Assembly (NCBI GenBank): GCA_965235115.1
Contig: OZ249436.1
Span: 31,126,001 to 31,190,000 of the forward strand
Length of the DNA stretch: 64,000 nt
Source of the DNA: Laetmonice hystrix
Taxonomy: Eukaryota
Direction of reading: 5' to 3'
How positions within the stretch are numbered: the stretch's first letter is position 1; every line of letters starts with the position of its first letter. Position numbers and translations under genes: made by a program. The notes below the pieces were generated by a model. That model was given only the letters and a program-made list of their open reading frames with translations, was not told where the DNA came from and did not search any database. Below are positions 13,053-24,697 of the stretch, one piece after another.

Positions 13053-16000
13053 ATGACAGAAAGTGTTGTGTTCTGTAGAGCCATGGCTGAGACACTGTTC
13101 ACCGACTTCTGGGACTGGCGGATGAAGGAGAGCCCCGAACTGGCCTCCTTCTGTGGCATACATAAATATGATGATAGACTTGATGATGTCTCCATAGCTG
13201 CCTATGAAAGGAGGGGTGTAAGTGTAACCTCTAAATGTTTTTTAATCAAAAGGTACGGAGCTCTTTTGTAATTTTTCATTTTTAGTGAATGACCTTCAAG
13301 CATTATTGATGCTTCCTGTGTGTATCGTAGATCTTATACAGGCCAATTTTTTACACTTGAAATGAAAAAATACTAAATATAGTTTATTCTGAAATTGCTC
13401 CCCTAGATAACAACAACAACAACCATTCATGATTACTCAACTGCTCCTTGATATTAACACTATAGAAAGCAGCTGAGGAGTTCTTGGCCCGTGGTAGGAC
13501 TCTTCTCTCCAATGAGGAGCTCAGTGTTACGGACCGGGACAGTGTCGCCATGCTGGTGTCTGATCTCGAGGTGTATATCAGAGGACTGAGATACCAAAGG
13601 TTTGTCATTCACATTGTGTGTCAGGCTGTGTTAAACAGAATTCGAAGCTGGTTCAACCACGGCATTGAAGCAAGTATTATAACGTTATATTGTTTGACCG
13701 AGGTGAATTATTGGCACAGATTTCGAGGGGTTTGATTTTTCCATGATTTTTCCAGTTTCCTGTTCCCAGTCAGTTATGCAGAAGGTATCCAGGTGGATTT
13801 TGAAATGTTCATATCATGGATGGACTTCAAGACAGTCGAGAACTTCAACACCTATATCTCGCGTCTCAGAGCACTGCCATTAAGGGTTTGTCATTTTGGT
13901 TTCTAAATTTATATGCAATGATTAAGGACATGATTAATTTCGTTTATGTGATTGTTTGCATTCCCAATTTATTTTCATTATTAGTTTATTTTTTGAAGGT
14001 ACAACAGGTTGAAGATAATCTCAGACAAGGCGTTAAGTTGGGTCTGGTACAACATCAACAGTCCATGGTAAGTTCCACCCAGATCCGACATGAACACGTG
14101 ACATGTTTGGGATACTCCCAATGATGCCAGTCAGATAGGGTAAAAAATATAATTTTTAAAAAAATCTGTCAAAATCAGCTGTAGCAAGAATCAACCTTTA
14201 AATCAGAGGGTCACATTTTAAGAAAGTAGTTTTGTTTAAATAATTTTTTATCTGTAAGCTGTCATTTGTCTTGTTACAATTTTTCAGGAAGGTGTCAAAG
14301 AAGAATTTGAAGTTTTGGGGAAACCGGTGGAAGAAGGTGTATTCTTTCAACCATTCCGAGATGCCCCAAAAGAACTTGATTTGTAGGTGAATTCATATTG
14401 GCAGGTGCTATTTCGACATCTTAATGTTAGAAACAAAATCGTGTGTGTAATACTTTACATCCGTACTCTATATTATTACAAACCATTTTAATATGTATCA
14501 ATAAAAGAAGGTACATTCCAGCATGACATACATACGTCATAGCAGGAGAACGTACGGTAAGCTTCTTTGAAAGACCATTTTGACACGTTGGGTACGTTTT
14601 TAATATCTTTAGAACGATTCAAATGGAAGAAGCGAAGAAAGTCATACGAAACGATGTTCAACCTGCATTCAAGAGGCTAAAAGACTACATAGAACAGGTT
14701 GGCATAGAGAACTTACATGCGATCCATAGCCCACCAACCCATCAAACATTGGTCGCGTGATATTGAGCCACAATAATAATATACATGTAGTATCTCTTTA
14801 TTTTACTTCGTATTTCTAAGTCACTTTGGAAACAGATACTGACATATCGTCTAGGTTTGCCTGGAATTCCGAAGACAAGGACTTTATAAATGATTTACGT
14901 CTGGGAGAGGGCGTGTCCTGCCTCCCCAACTTGTGAATGGACCCTTGTGTTGATTCCCACGTTTTGTTTTTAACAAGGACTATATGAAAGATTTACGTTT
15001 GGGAGAGGGCATGTCCTGCCTCCCCAACTTGTGAATGGACCCTTGTGTTGATTCCCACATTTTGTTTTTAACAAGGACTATATATGAATGATTTACGCCT
15101 GGGACAGGGTGTGTGCTGCTCTCCCAACTTGTGAATGGACCCTCTTGTGTTGATTCCCACGTTTTGTTTTTAACAAGGACTATATGAAAGATTTACGTCT
15201 GGGAGAGGGCGTGTCCTGCCTCCCCAACGGCCGCCAGTTTTATGAGGAGTGTCTGAGATGGCATTTGTCCTTGAACATGACCCCAGAACAGGTACACCAG
15301 TGTGGTTGGAAGGAGATCCACCGTATCAAGGAAGAGATGCAGAAGGTGAAAAAAATGTAGTCTCTGTTACTTGTTTTTTCTTTCTTTCTACTATTAACTC
15401 ACAGTATATACATATGGTTTTCAGTTGACAGTAACAGTAGCTGGAACAAGAAGTATGATCATTTACAGGTGAAGATGAGTACAAAGTAAGGGGAATATTC
15501 GGACCGCCATACATGTGTTAAAAAGTAGTATAGCATATAGAATGGGTCAATCCCACTACCATTTTTTAAACACTTTTTAAATATAAATTCAGTTTTGAAA
15601 TATAGTTTGTGATTGTTGTTTTGTGACATTGTCTATTATCGAGTTTGAAAACGTAAACGCTTACAGTACACGGGAAAAATGCGGTGATACCACCAAAAGT
15701 ATAATCTCAGGAAGTATGTTGTTTTTATTTTAGGTGATTACCAAGGTTGGATTTCAGGGCAGCTTCAAGGAATTCCTTGATCACTTGAGAGGCAGTGACC
15801 AGTTCTATTTCAAAGATAAGGTTTAGTATCCTCCATTATCCTATTTTATTTTCTTCCACGCATTCTTTAGCAAAAATCAGATATAAGCAGTAGCGGACTA
15901 GATGATTAGGGGGAAAACGGTCAAATATAGGGGATTGGTCATTATTATTTTTAAGTTATTCTACGTTTTCCCATTTCTTTCATTTGCATACGTAAAACAT

Positions 16001-19000
16001 GTATTACATCACTTGTTTCTCTTTTGACAGAAATCCTTGATGGAAGGTTACCGCCATACATGTGACAATATCATCCGTCCAAAACTTAGTCAGCTCTTCT
16101 ACAAAATCCCAAAGTCAAAACTCGCGTATGATTTTTTTGTTTCCCCCTCTCAATGTGTGTCTCATTGTCTGTCCATCTGCCCGTTTCTCTATCTGTCCCT
16201 CTCTCTGACCTTCGGAATTGGAGCAACATTCATAATATTCTATTGTGGTAAGTTGTCAAACGTGAAAAGTATTTCGAATTAGTAAAACTAGCCATAGCAT
16301 ACTCTTCATCCTTGATCTCATCCTGATGACATGTAGAATAGAGCCGGTGCCTGAATCACGGCCGAACGCCCCGGCCGGCTACTATCTGGCAGGGACACTG
16401 GACGGTTCCCGGCCCGGCAAGTTCTACGTGAGCGCTCACAACGTCAAGATGTGGTAAGATGACAGCAGCAGGCAGAACCATGTAGGTTAACCTGTGTCGT
16501 TGTAGTATCTTTACTCTATCTGGTGGCGGGGCTGGTCTCGGGAATAGATTGTTGCACAGCATCAGGCCGTTTGGAGTATCTTATCGGTGGCTGTCGAGCA
16601 TGTCCTCGGAATAGGAATCGGAAGTGTTTGTATTATGTACCTTTTTTGTAATAGGACAGGATTCAGATATGTAGAAATGGACCTTTACTGAATGACAAAA
16701 AAAATCCATTATTTTCTAAATAGCTTGGATGTTCAGTGACGTATAAATCAAATTTTTGCGTCTTTCTGCTTACCATAGCCCGAAATATGAGATGATTGCA
16801 CTCAGTCTCCACGAGGGGGAGCCAGGGCACCACTTCCAGGTCGGTTACAGTGGGACTACAGTAGGAATAGCAATATCAACACTGCAGTGGTAGGGAAGGA
16901 GGCTCCCTCTACCGTTAAATAATTGTGACGCTTGGCCTTTAGAACCGGTGCCTCTACAGTGGACATGTTAAAGCTTTGAGTGTGTATTTGTTTTGTAATG
17001 CAGGTATAATATACTACACGTTCATACGATATATGACCAATAGTAATAGTTTTAACTACGTGAGATTAAACACCATTTGTTTCATGAGTTTATGTATGCT
17101 GTACATGTACTTGTTGACAGGGAATGTTCGCCATTGAAATGAAAGGTCTGCCCATGTTCCGGCAATACGTGGAGGACATGAATTACTTCTGTGTACCATC
17201 AAGGTTTCCCCTTCACACCGCGTACTGTGAGGTGGGTCTCACCTTCCTGAACATCACTATATTATAAGTGTTTTTAAAACGTTTAAGAAGCTAGAAGGTG
17301 ATTGCGAGTATAGATCTCCATTATGAGGCCCCACCCTGCTCCTCCACTCCCCTCCCCGGCCCGCCGGCTGCCGCCTCCCCTACCCGACATGGGGAGCGAA
17401 CCCCCTTAATACCTTTAATTAAAAAAAAATAAAAATCAGGTAAGGCTCGGAGTTAAATCTCTATCCTGGCCAGCCGCCTTTCCAGTAGACATTTTTACAA
17501 TTACGCTTCTTTAAGGTTAATGAAAATAATAACTGATAATATGACTCACTGGTACAAACAGTTGTACACATATGCTATATAGTGCTACATGAGAAGTGCT
17601 CATCACCTTTGACGTTGTAGGATATACATTTGTAGATGTTTTATATATTTACACTTTTAACTTATTTTTTTTACTATAGAACACTTGTCGAACAAGTTGA
17701 GTCTGAAATAAAGGAATTGAATTGAATGATGATGCATGATGGGAAGTTTTTCATAATCTCCTCTCGAACACACCCACATACAAAAACTTTACTTTCAGTA
17801 TACCAAAGAGACTACTAGTATGTATTCACTATACCATGGCCCCTGATTGCAGGGTTGGGGGTTGTACTGCGAGTATCTGGGTGAAGAACTCGGTCTCTAT
17901 GATGACCCGTACGCCATGTTTGGTCACCTCTCCCTCGAGATGCACCGAGCGTGCCGCCTGGTGGTGGACACAGGTATCCATGCGTTCGGGTGAGCCCTTC
18001 ACTTAAACATTTGTCTTTCTGTTTCCTGTACCTCAGTGATGATGGTGTTGATTAAGTAGAGGGGAAAATAAAGTATTCAGGGTGGGATCTTTGGCCGGCA
18101 TTATAGGAGCTGATCTTAGAGTTGCAGCAATCTTTAAATAACCCTATGGTTTAAATGTGTTATTTTCAGGATTTATCCATGGTTTGAATTTAAGTTCTAG
18201 TTCTTTTATATAGTATTCTCCCCACCTCTATAAGATATTTTCTCCATTTTATAAACGTGTTTAGGTGGAGCTTTGAGAAAGCCAAATCGTTGTTGATGGA
18301 GAACACGGCCTTGGGCGAGGCGTTCATGGACAGTGAGGTCCGGCGCTACATCACCTGGCCAGGACAGGTAGACCTATACTTGACATGTAATGTATTATTG
18401 TGGGCTTAAAGATCCTTAGATTCATGCCTGCATGTTAAAATTCAAATGCTGCGTGAGCGCTCTGCAGATGGGTGATTCTACGGTAAATGAGCAAATCGGT
18501 GTCCAAGCAATAGAACCGTTCCCCAGAGCCACCATAATCTTATAATTACATTAATTTTACCATAGCATGCCAAATTATGAACATTTTAAGTGAAAAGCAA
18601 TTTGTTACAGCTAAAACTTATGTGTGTCAGTCAGTTTTTCACAGTCAAAGGTATAGCTTGTGACCCCAAAACCCCATGTCCCGACCCAGGGGTGTTAAAA
18701 TTTATGTATTTTTATTTTCATACAACTCATGGTTATTCCCATGCTTTCATCGTTTTTTTTCAATAAATTATGATACTGAAGGAAACCACAAACCGGTCTC
18801 AGGTCACACATTTCATACAACTCCATAAACAGACACAGAAACAGGAGAAAACTGTGTCCAAGAGTCTGCTGTCATTACACTAACAGCCTACATTGAACAT
18901 CGCCATCTAGTGATCAACTGATAAACGAATGGAGTGACGTCACAAAAATCAATACGTCAAGAAGCGCGAGTTGGCGAGGCGGCAGATTCGAAGGTATGTC

Positions 19001-22000
19001 TGCAGATTTTCTCACAATTTCATGATTTCCTCAAGAGGTCTTGGCCGAACAGTTATTGTATGTCATTACACAGCACTCATACACTTTGATGGTCCTACAT
19101 ATCTGGTGACAAAAGGCTGTTTTGTATACTAAGATCGTGGTCATCTTCTTGGTAAACAACGTCGCGGTTGAATCAAGTCAGCCATTTTGAGTTTATGGGG
19201 CGCCAAGTTGTAAATAGGTCATTACACAAACAGTCATTACACTAACTGAATATCTGTTGGTGTAATGACCACTTTTGTTTGTGTAATGACAAAACTTCGT
19301 TTGAGTAGGTTTTATGTAATAATTTCTTAGTGCCTGGCAACAGGAATTTTACGTTGCTAAACATGAAAGTCCACTAGTTTTTACAAATTATTTTCACTTT
19401 CCTTATAAATAAACTTAAGTGATTAGGACCGTTGGTTAGTGTAATGACTGACTGTGTCATTGCGACCGTTAGTGTAATGACTGAGCCTACATCACAGGCA
19501 ATGATGAACACACTGAATCTGAGCAGAATAAAATACATGTACAATACAGTGTATGCCTGTCTGATAATTGCTCTCTTTTTTTGCAGATGCCTCCGAAAAA
19601 TACGGTTGTCACAGCGTCGGCGATGCGCCACCGGAAATATTTAGAACAAATAAAGAGTGATCCAGAAGCCCATGCAAACTACCTCCGTAAACAACGAGAA
19701 AAATACCAAGAACGTAAAAGGAAGGGTGAATTGAAATCCATCAAAGAAAGAACCTCACGGGATCAACGAAAACAACGTAGAGCTTGGCGTGTAAACCAAC
19801 AAAATTCTCGTAAATCAAAACAAAAACAAACTGCTGATTTGACACCTCCAGCCACTCCTGGGGATGATGGTACTGTAAATGTTGCAGTGGTCCAGCAGCG
19901 CCCTCGCGGTCGTCCAAGGACCAGAGACCCATCTCGTTCAAAGGCATACAGAAAGATAGCTCAGCTTGAAAATACCCTCCGTGAGAAGGAAAGATCGATT
20001 GCGAGGTTGACCAAGCGTTGCCAACGTCTGAAACAAAATGTCAACACAAACAGCACACCACGAAGCAAAACAAGGGCCTTGATGAAAAGTACTAAACCCG
20101 ATGATGTCAGGCAGGTGAAAAAAACACTTATTTTTCACCATGCTCTGGCTGATGACATGGCGAAACTGAAGACGACAACGAATGGACAAAAGAAGTTAAT
20201 CCAGACGTTAGGTTTAAAGCTCGTGAAAAAGTATCGCTGTTGTAAAATCATGCGTGAGTCAACTGGTATTGGGAGGCGAGTTCAAGAAAAACCTTTCCAC
20301 AAGAAGCATAGGCTGGTTGAGAAGAGTAAGGCCATGAGGGAAGCTGTTCATACATTCCTTGACAGGGACGATAATTCTAGAATGTCTTCGTGTAAAAGGC
20401 ACCATGTTGGTAACAAGCAGGTGCGATTTCTCTCGCATAGCCTAAAACTTCTGCACCAGAAGTACCTTTCTGAAGCAGAAATCAAAGTGAGTCGAGCCTT
20501 CTTTTATCGCAATTGTCCGCCCCAAATCCGTAAACCAACGTTGCAGGATCGAGAGGTCTGCGTGTGCAAACAGTGCGACAACTTTACAATGAAGCTTGAG
20601 GCACTTCATCGCGAAAAGGTTGTTTCAAGCAGTGACCCAGAGGATTTCATTAAGTCGTTGGTATGCGATGACACCAATCAAGACTGTATGTATGGCAACT
20701 GTAAAAAATGTGCCAAGGGGGCAAAAATTGGTAAAAATATCACGACGGCAACAGAGGTTGACAGGGTGGTGAAGTGGTACGAGTGGGAAAACGTTAATCA
20801 CGCCTACACTGCCAAAGACGGCCACAAAAAAAGCACCAAGCGTACACAGAAAGTGCAGAAATCTTCTTCACTGAAAGCTCTCGTCACTCTCGCAAACAAA
20901 TCTTTAGGCCTCATCATGAAACACCTTTACCGCGTAAATCATCAGTACCTTGCTATCAGGAGCCTGAAGACCAACCTTGGTGATGACTCTGCACTTTTAC
21001 ATTTTGACTTCTCGGAAAACTGGGCATGCAAGTACGCCAAAGAAATAACAGCAGTTCACTTTGGGGCATCACAGCAACAAGCTACTTTACATACGGGACT
21101 GATGTACACTTCACGCGGGGCTGAAGCATTTTGCAGTGTTTCTCCATCCGGTGTCCATGATGCGACTGGTGTTTGGGCTCATCTAAAAGCAACATTGGAG
21201 TACATTAGAACGGCATATCCGAATGTGTCAATGCTGCATTTTCTTAGCGACAGCCCAAGCTCACAGTACAGAAACAAGTCATCATTCTACCTCCTCTGCA
21301 ATATCCCGAAGTCACTTGGCTTTGGTTCTGTAACGTGGAACTTCCTCGAGAGTGGCCACGGCAAGGGCGCAGCCGATGGCATTGGGGCAACAGTAAAACG
21401 GACGGCCGACCAGTTTGTATCAGAAGGCATGGATATCCCAGATGCCAAGGTACTTTTTGAGAAACTCTTGCTTCAAAACCATTCCGTCAAGTTTCTCTAT
21501 GTGACTCAGGACAACATCGAGGAAATGGCAAAGCTCCTCCCAAAAGACTTAAAAGCATTCCCAGGGACAATGTCATGTCACCAAGTCTGGCCAGACGCGG
21601 AAAATGCAACTCCATCAGATGGGGACATTTTCCTCAGGGATCTCAGCTGCTATTGTTCTGATGATATCAACCAACATTGCGACTGCTACAGACCAAAGAC
21701 ATGGTGTCTTCGAACATTCAAGCAGCTTGAAAGTTCAAAAATACGGCGGCTTGAATCTGAAAACCCAGCTCTAATAGAACCTGCAGACGATGCCCCAGAG
21801 AGAGAAGTCTCCAATGCTTGCGATCGTTTGTCAGCCAACATGTTGCCGAAGGAAACTGATAACGTAGCCATGCATCCAATCAGTCACCAGGATGGTCTTA
21901 ACGAAGTGTCAGCAGGCCAGAGAAACGTGAGAGCAGTAGTGGCCATAGTGCATCGACAGGATGATCCTCATGTTCCTCCGACATGCGCGGGAGAATACCT

Positions 22001-24427
22001 CAATCACAGAGCCGACCTCTCCCTTCAGTCCCTTCCCACCACATCCAAAAAGGATTCGAGTGGAAAAATGGCTAGCAAGATGACTAAGAAACAATGCACC
22101 AAGCGTTCCAAATCCAGACCTACCCAGTCCGTGAAGCCCACTACTACTGCTAGTAATGATGATAATCCCCAGTGTCTTGTCTGTGACGAATTTTACAATG
22201 ATTCAGCACCAGGTGAAGAGTGGATTATGTGTAGTATTTGCGAATGTTGGGCTCATGAACAGTGCACTTCTTTTGACGAAACGCAGTCAAAAACATACAT
22301 ATGTGACATGTGTGACTAGTACATACATAGTCGTGTGATTTTCCAATGGCGTTGGTCTTCAGCAGGACATTTGTTACCAGAGTCGTTAGGGGCCATTCAT
22401 GTACACATAGACGTCTGGATTTTCAGACGCCCTCTCCCCAAACACAGAAAAATGGTAAAAATGTACAGGTAAATGTACATGCCTTCGCAAATGACCCCCG
22501 AAATACTCAACCCCGCTCCCCCTCAGATGTGTACATACTATAAAATGAATGGCCCCTTGGTCTTTAGCAGGATATTTGATTGCCAGAATCAGGACATTTG
22601 ACTGCAAGAATCGTTGGCGAAACTTACCTGAAACGTGCAACCTGTGTCAAGTTTGTCTACAAGCTGAAACATTTCAAAACACCTGAAACGATGCACTAAT
22701 TTGTATCGACTCCTCATGAGTCATTCCTATCGCATGTCACAGACTTTTGTTCTGATTTCTGAATGAAAACATGAAGCAATTTTGTAACATGTCTCAAACA
22801 TGCCAAAAGAAATGTCCAGAAAATTTCTTGAAACTTCGTGGAAACAACTTGGAAATTGTTTCAAGCTGTATCCGAAATGTTTCATAGTGACATGTTTCCA
22901 AAGATTTCAGGGAGTTTAGAAATGTTTCAGATCAGACCAAATTATTATATGACCCTATTTCATGTCGTTCTCCAATTACATGCTGTTACCTTCAACCATG
23001 TTCACTGTTCACTAGTTTTGTCGTTCATTCAATTAAAAATACATGTACATGTTGTACTTGGTTTATTGAAATGCTAGTATCCAGACTCCAATTTCTTCAC
23101 TCTTGATAAGCCTACGAATAGGAGCCAAGTTCACTGACAGTCCATCGTGGCGCAGGCTTACACCCTGTGACAAATATCATGAATATATATGCAGACCTTC
23201 GAGTATTATGGACCAGATGAACGCAGCCCCCCCCCCCCCGCCGCTACAGTGACCAGTGACGACGCTAGTAACACGAATAAGGGTAGATGTCATTACACAA
23301 ACGGAGAAGTCACTACACAAACTGAGAGTCATTACACAAACATTGCAATGAAATCATCTGAACAGGAAGTAATATTTTTCAATCTAAAAATGAACTGTTT
23401 GTTCTGAACCAGTGGCAACAACTCCAAATAACAGAACACTTGCCTAGACACACACAGCCTTTAGTTTGTTGCCGACTATGATCAGGATGCTGAATTTAGC
23501 ACCAAATCTGGTGTAACCTTTAGTCAACTTCTGATATATCTTAAAATACTGCACAACAAGTAGGATTCGGTCTTTGACCATTAAATACATGGTGAAGCTA
23601 TGATAAAGCACCTCTTTTCTTTTAAAGAAATCGACAATTAACATTTTTTTTGTAGCTTAGAATATTCATATTTACTAGTTTGTGTAATGACATTTTCAGT
23701 TTACACAAACGGACACAAGCTTAAATAATGACCTTGACCTTGACCTTAATTTTTGCCCATTGGTATTTTTGAAAACTTAGCCCTCATATGGAGTGATATA
23801 TCTGCCCCCTAACATCAAACTGATGGATTTTATTTTCACACTTCTGAAGTGTAATTTTGCTCATTTACCATAGAATCACCCAGATACATGTTGACCGTCT
23901 AGGGGTTCACTTCTTTCTTTTCTCTTTCCCAGGCGTGCGCATATAAGATCGGTGAGCTGAAAATCAAGGAGCTGAGGAGGCGTGCCGAGGAGGAGCTAGG
24001 TGAGCTCGCTCTTTAAAACAATGAGTTCAGTCAGTCTGACAAAGGGTGCGCTCATTTATCGGCTTGGATAGAAGCTGCGTAAAAAATACTTCTTGGATGT
24101 GATAGTTGTAAAAAGGTATAATCAATGGAGCCTATTTGTTAAAGTCACTCGAAACCCCAACCTCCATAATTATCGCATTGGCAAAGCCAGTTACAAGATT
24201 AAGTGGGCATTGTCTTGTATGGAAACAGTCCATTCAGCGTTCTAATCCCCACATTGTTCACCTGTGACAAAGCACAGGATAATATTGGTGACATGTCTTT
24301 CCCCTCGGTATCAGGCATGCGATTCGACGTCCGCGACTTTCACGAAGAAGTGCTGAAGTGTGGAATGGCTGCCATGAGTGTGCTGGAGAAGACCATAGAT
24401 CGCTACATCCAGAAACAGACGTCGTGA
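13053..24427 (+). CDS. DUF885-family putative zinc metallopeptidase, 16 coding exons, ~578 aa
   Basis: Exons 13053-13217, 13466-13599, 13756-13885, 13999-14067, 14288-14382, 14613-14697, 15178-15345, 15734-15820, 16031-16125, 16337-16453, 16779-16839, 17121-17231, 17853-17989, 18265-18367, 23933-23999 and 24315-24427 join in frame at GT-AG sites. DUF885 motifs: [95 protein letters not shown]. Confidence 0.92.
14876..15228 (+). repeat. ~100-bp tandem duplication of an intron/exon boundary (3 full acceptor copies plus 1 partial)
   Basis: Unit TTGTGAATGGACCCTTGTGTTGATTCCCACGTTTTGTTTTTAACAAG|GACTATATGAAAGATTTACG..CTCCCCAAC is repeated. Only the last copy continues into the DUF885 reading frame. 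Confidence 0.92.
18470..23881 (+). mobile_element. Sola2 DNA transposon, full length (5.4 kb), in a DUF885 intron
   Basis: TIR GGGTGATTCTACGGTAAATGAGCAAA / TTTGCTCATTTACCATAGAATCACCC (1 mismatch in 26). 4-bp TSD AGAT at 18466-18469 and 23882-23885. 5'-GRG termini plus a 4-bp TSD are Sola2 traits. Confidence 0.88.
19587..22319 (+). CDS. Sola2-type DDD transposase (910 aa) with AT-hook-like RPRGRPR and C-terminal PHD finger
   Basis: Uninterrupted ORF. Motifs [18 protein letters not shown] and [17 protein letters not shown], Cys clusters, and C-terminal [27 protein letters not shown] (C4HC3). The ATG directly follows a polypyrimidine-CAG acceptor. Confidence 0.9.
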   Translation: MPPKNTVVTASAMRHRKYLEQIKSDPEAHANYLRKQREKYQERKRKGELKSIKERTSRDQRKQRRAWRVNQQNSRKSKQKQTADLTPPATPGDDGTVNVAVVQQRPRGRPRTRDPSRSKAYRKIAQLENTLREKERSIARLTKRCQRLKQNVNTNSTPRSKTRALMKSTKPDDVRQVKKTLIFHHALADDMAKLKTTTNGQKKLIQTLGLKLVKKYRCCKIMRESTGIGRRVQEKPFHKKHRLVEKSKAMREAVHTFLDRDDNSRMSSCKRHHVGNKQVRFLSHSLKLLHQKYLSEAEIKVSRAFFYRNCPPQIRKPTLQDREVCVCKQCDNFTMKLEALHREKVVSSSDPEDFIKSLVCDDTNQDCMYGNCKKCAKGAKIGKNITTATEVDRVVKWYEWENVNHAYTAKDGHKKSTKRTQKVQKSSSLKALVTLANKSLGLIMKHLYRVNHQYLAIRSLKTNLGDDSALLHFDFSENWACKYAKEITAVHFGASQQQATLHTGLMYTSRGAEAFCSVSPSGVHDATGVWAHLKATLEYIRTAYPNVSMLHFLSDSPSSQYRNKSSFYLLCNIPKSLGFGSVTWNFLESGHGKGAADGIGATVKRTADQFVSEGMDIPDAKVLFEKLLLQNHSVKFLYVTQDNIEEMAKLLPKDLKAFPGTMSCHQVWPDAENATPSDGDIFLRDLSCYCSDDINQHCDCYRPKTWCLRTFKQLESSKIRRLESENPALIEPADDAPEREVSNACDRLSANMLPKETDNVAMHPISHQDGLNEVSAGQRNVRAVVAIVHRQDDPHVPPTCAGEYLNHRADLSLQSLPTTSKKDSSGKMASKMTKKQCTKRSKSRPTQSVKPTTTASNDDNPQCLVCDEFYNDSAPGEEWIMCSICECWAHEQCTSFDETQSKTYICDMCD

Positions 24428-24467
24428 AAGCTAGAATTCGTTCTGGGCAGGTGTGACAAACTTCTAA

Positions 24468-24697
24468 AGCCAACACACACACTGCGATTACCCGTCGCAC
24501 GACGGTCTCACGACGGTCCGTCGCTATGGCAATGAGTGGCCTGCAACAGCCTGCGACCGTCGCAGACGTTCTGACAGTGCCAGAACCTCTGCGACAGTCG
24601 CAAGACTCCATTCTGTCCTGTGCAGATGGGCTTGGGTCAAAATCTGGGTCACGACGGTCGCAAGGAGTTGCAAGCAGTCGCAGTGTGTGTGTTGGCC
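24468..24697. mobile_element. Harbinger/Tourist-like MITE in the DUF885 3' region
   Basis: TIR AGCCAACACACAC..TGCGA / TCGCAGTGTGTGTGTTGGCC, with internal GTCGCA/TGCGAC repeats. Confidence 0.65.
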
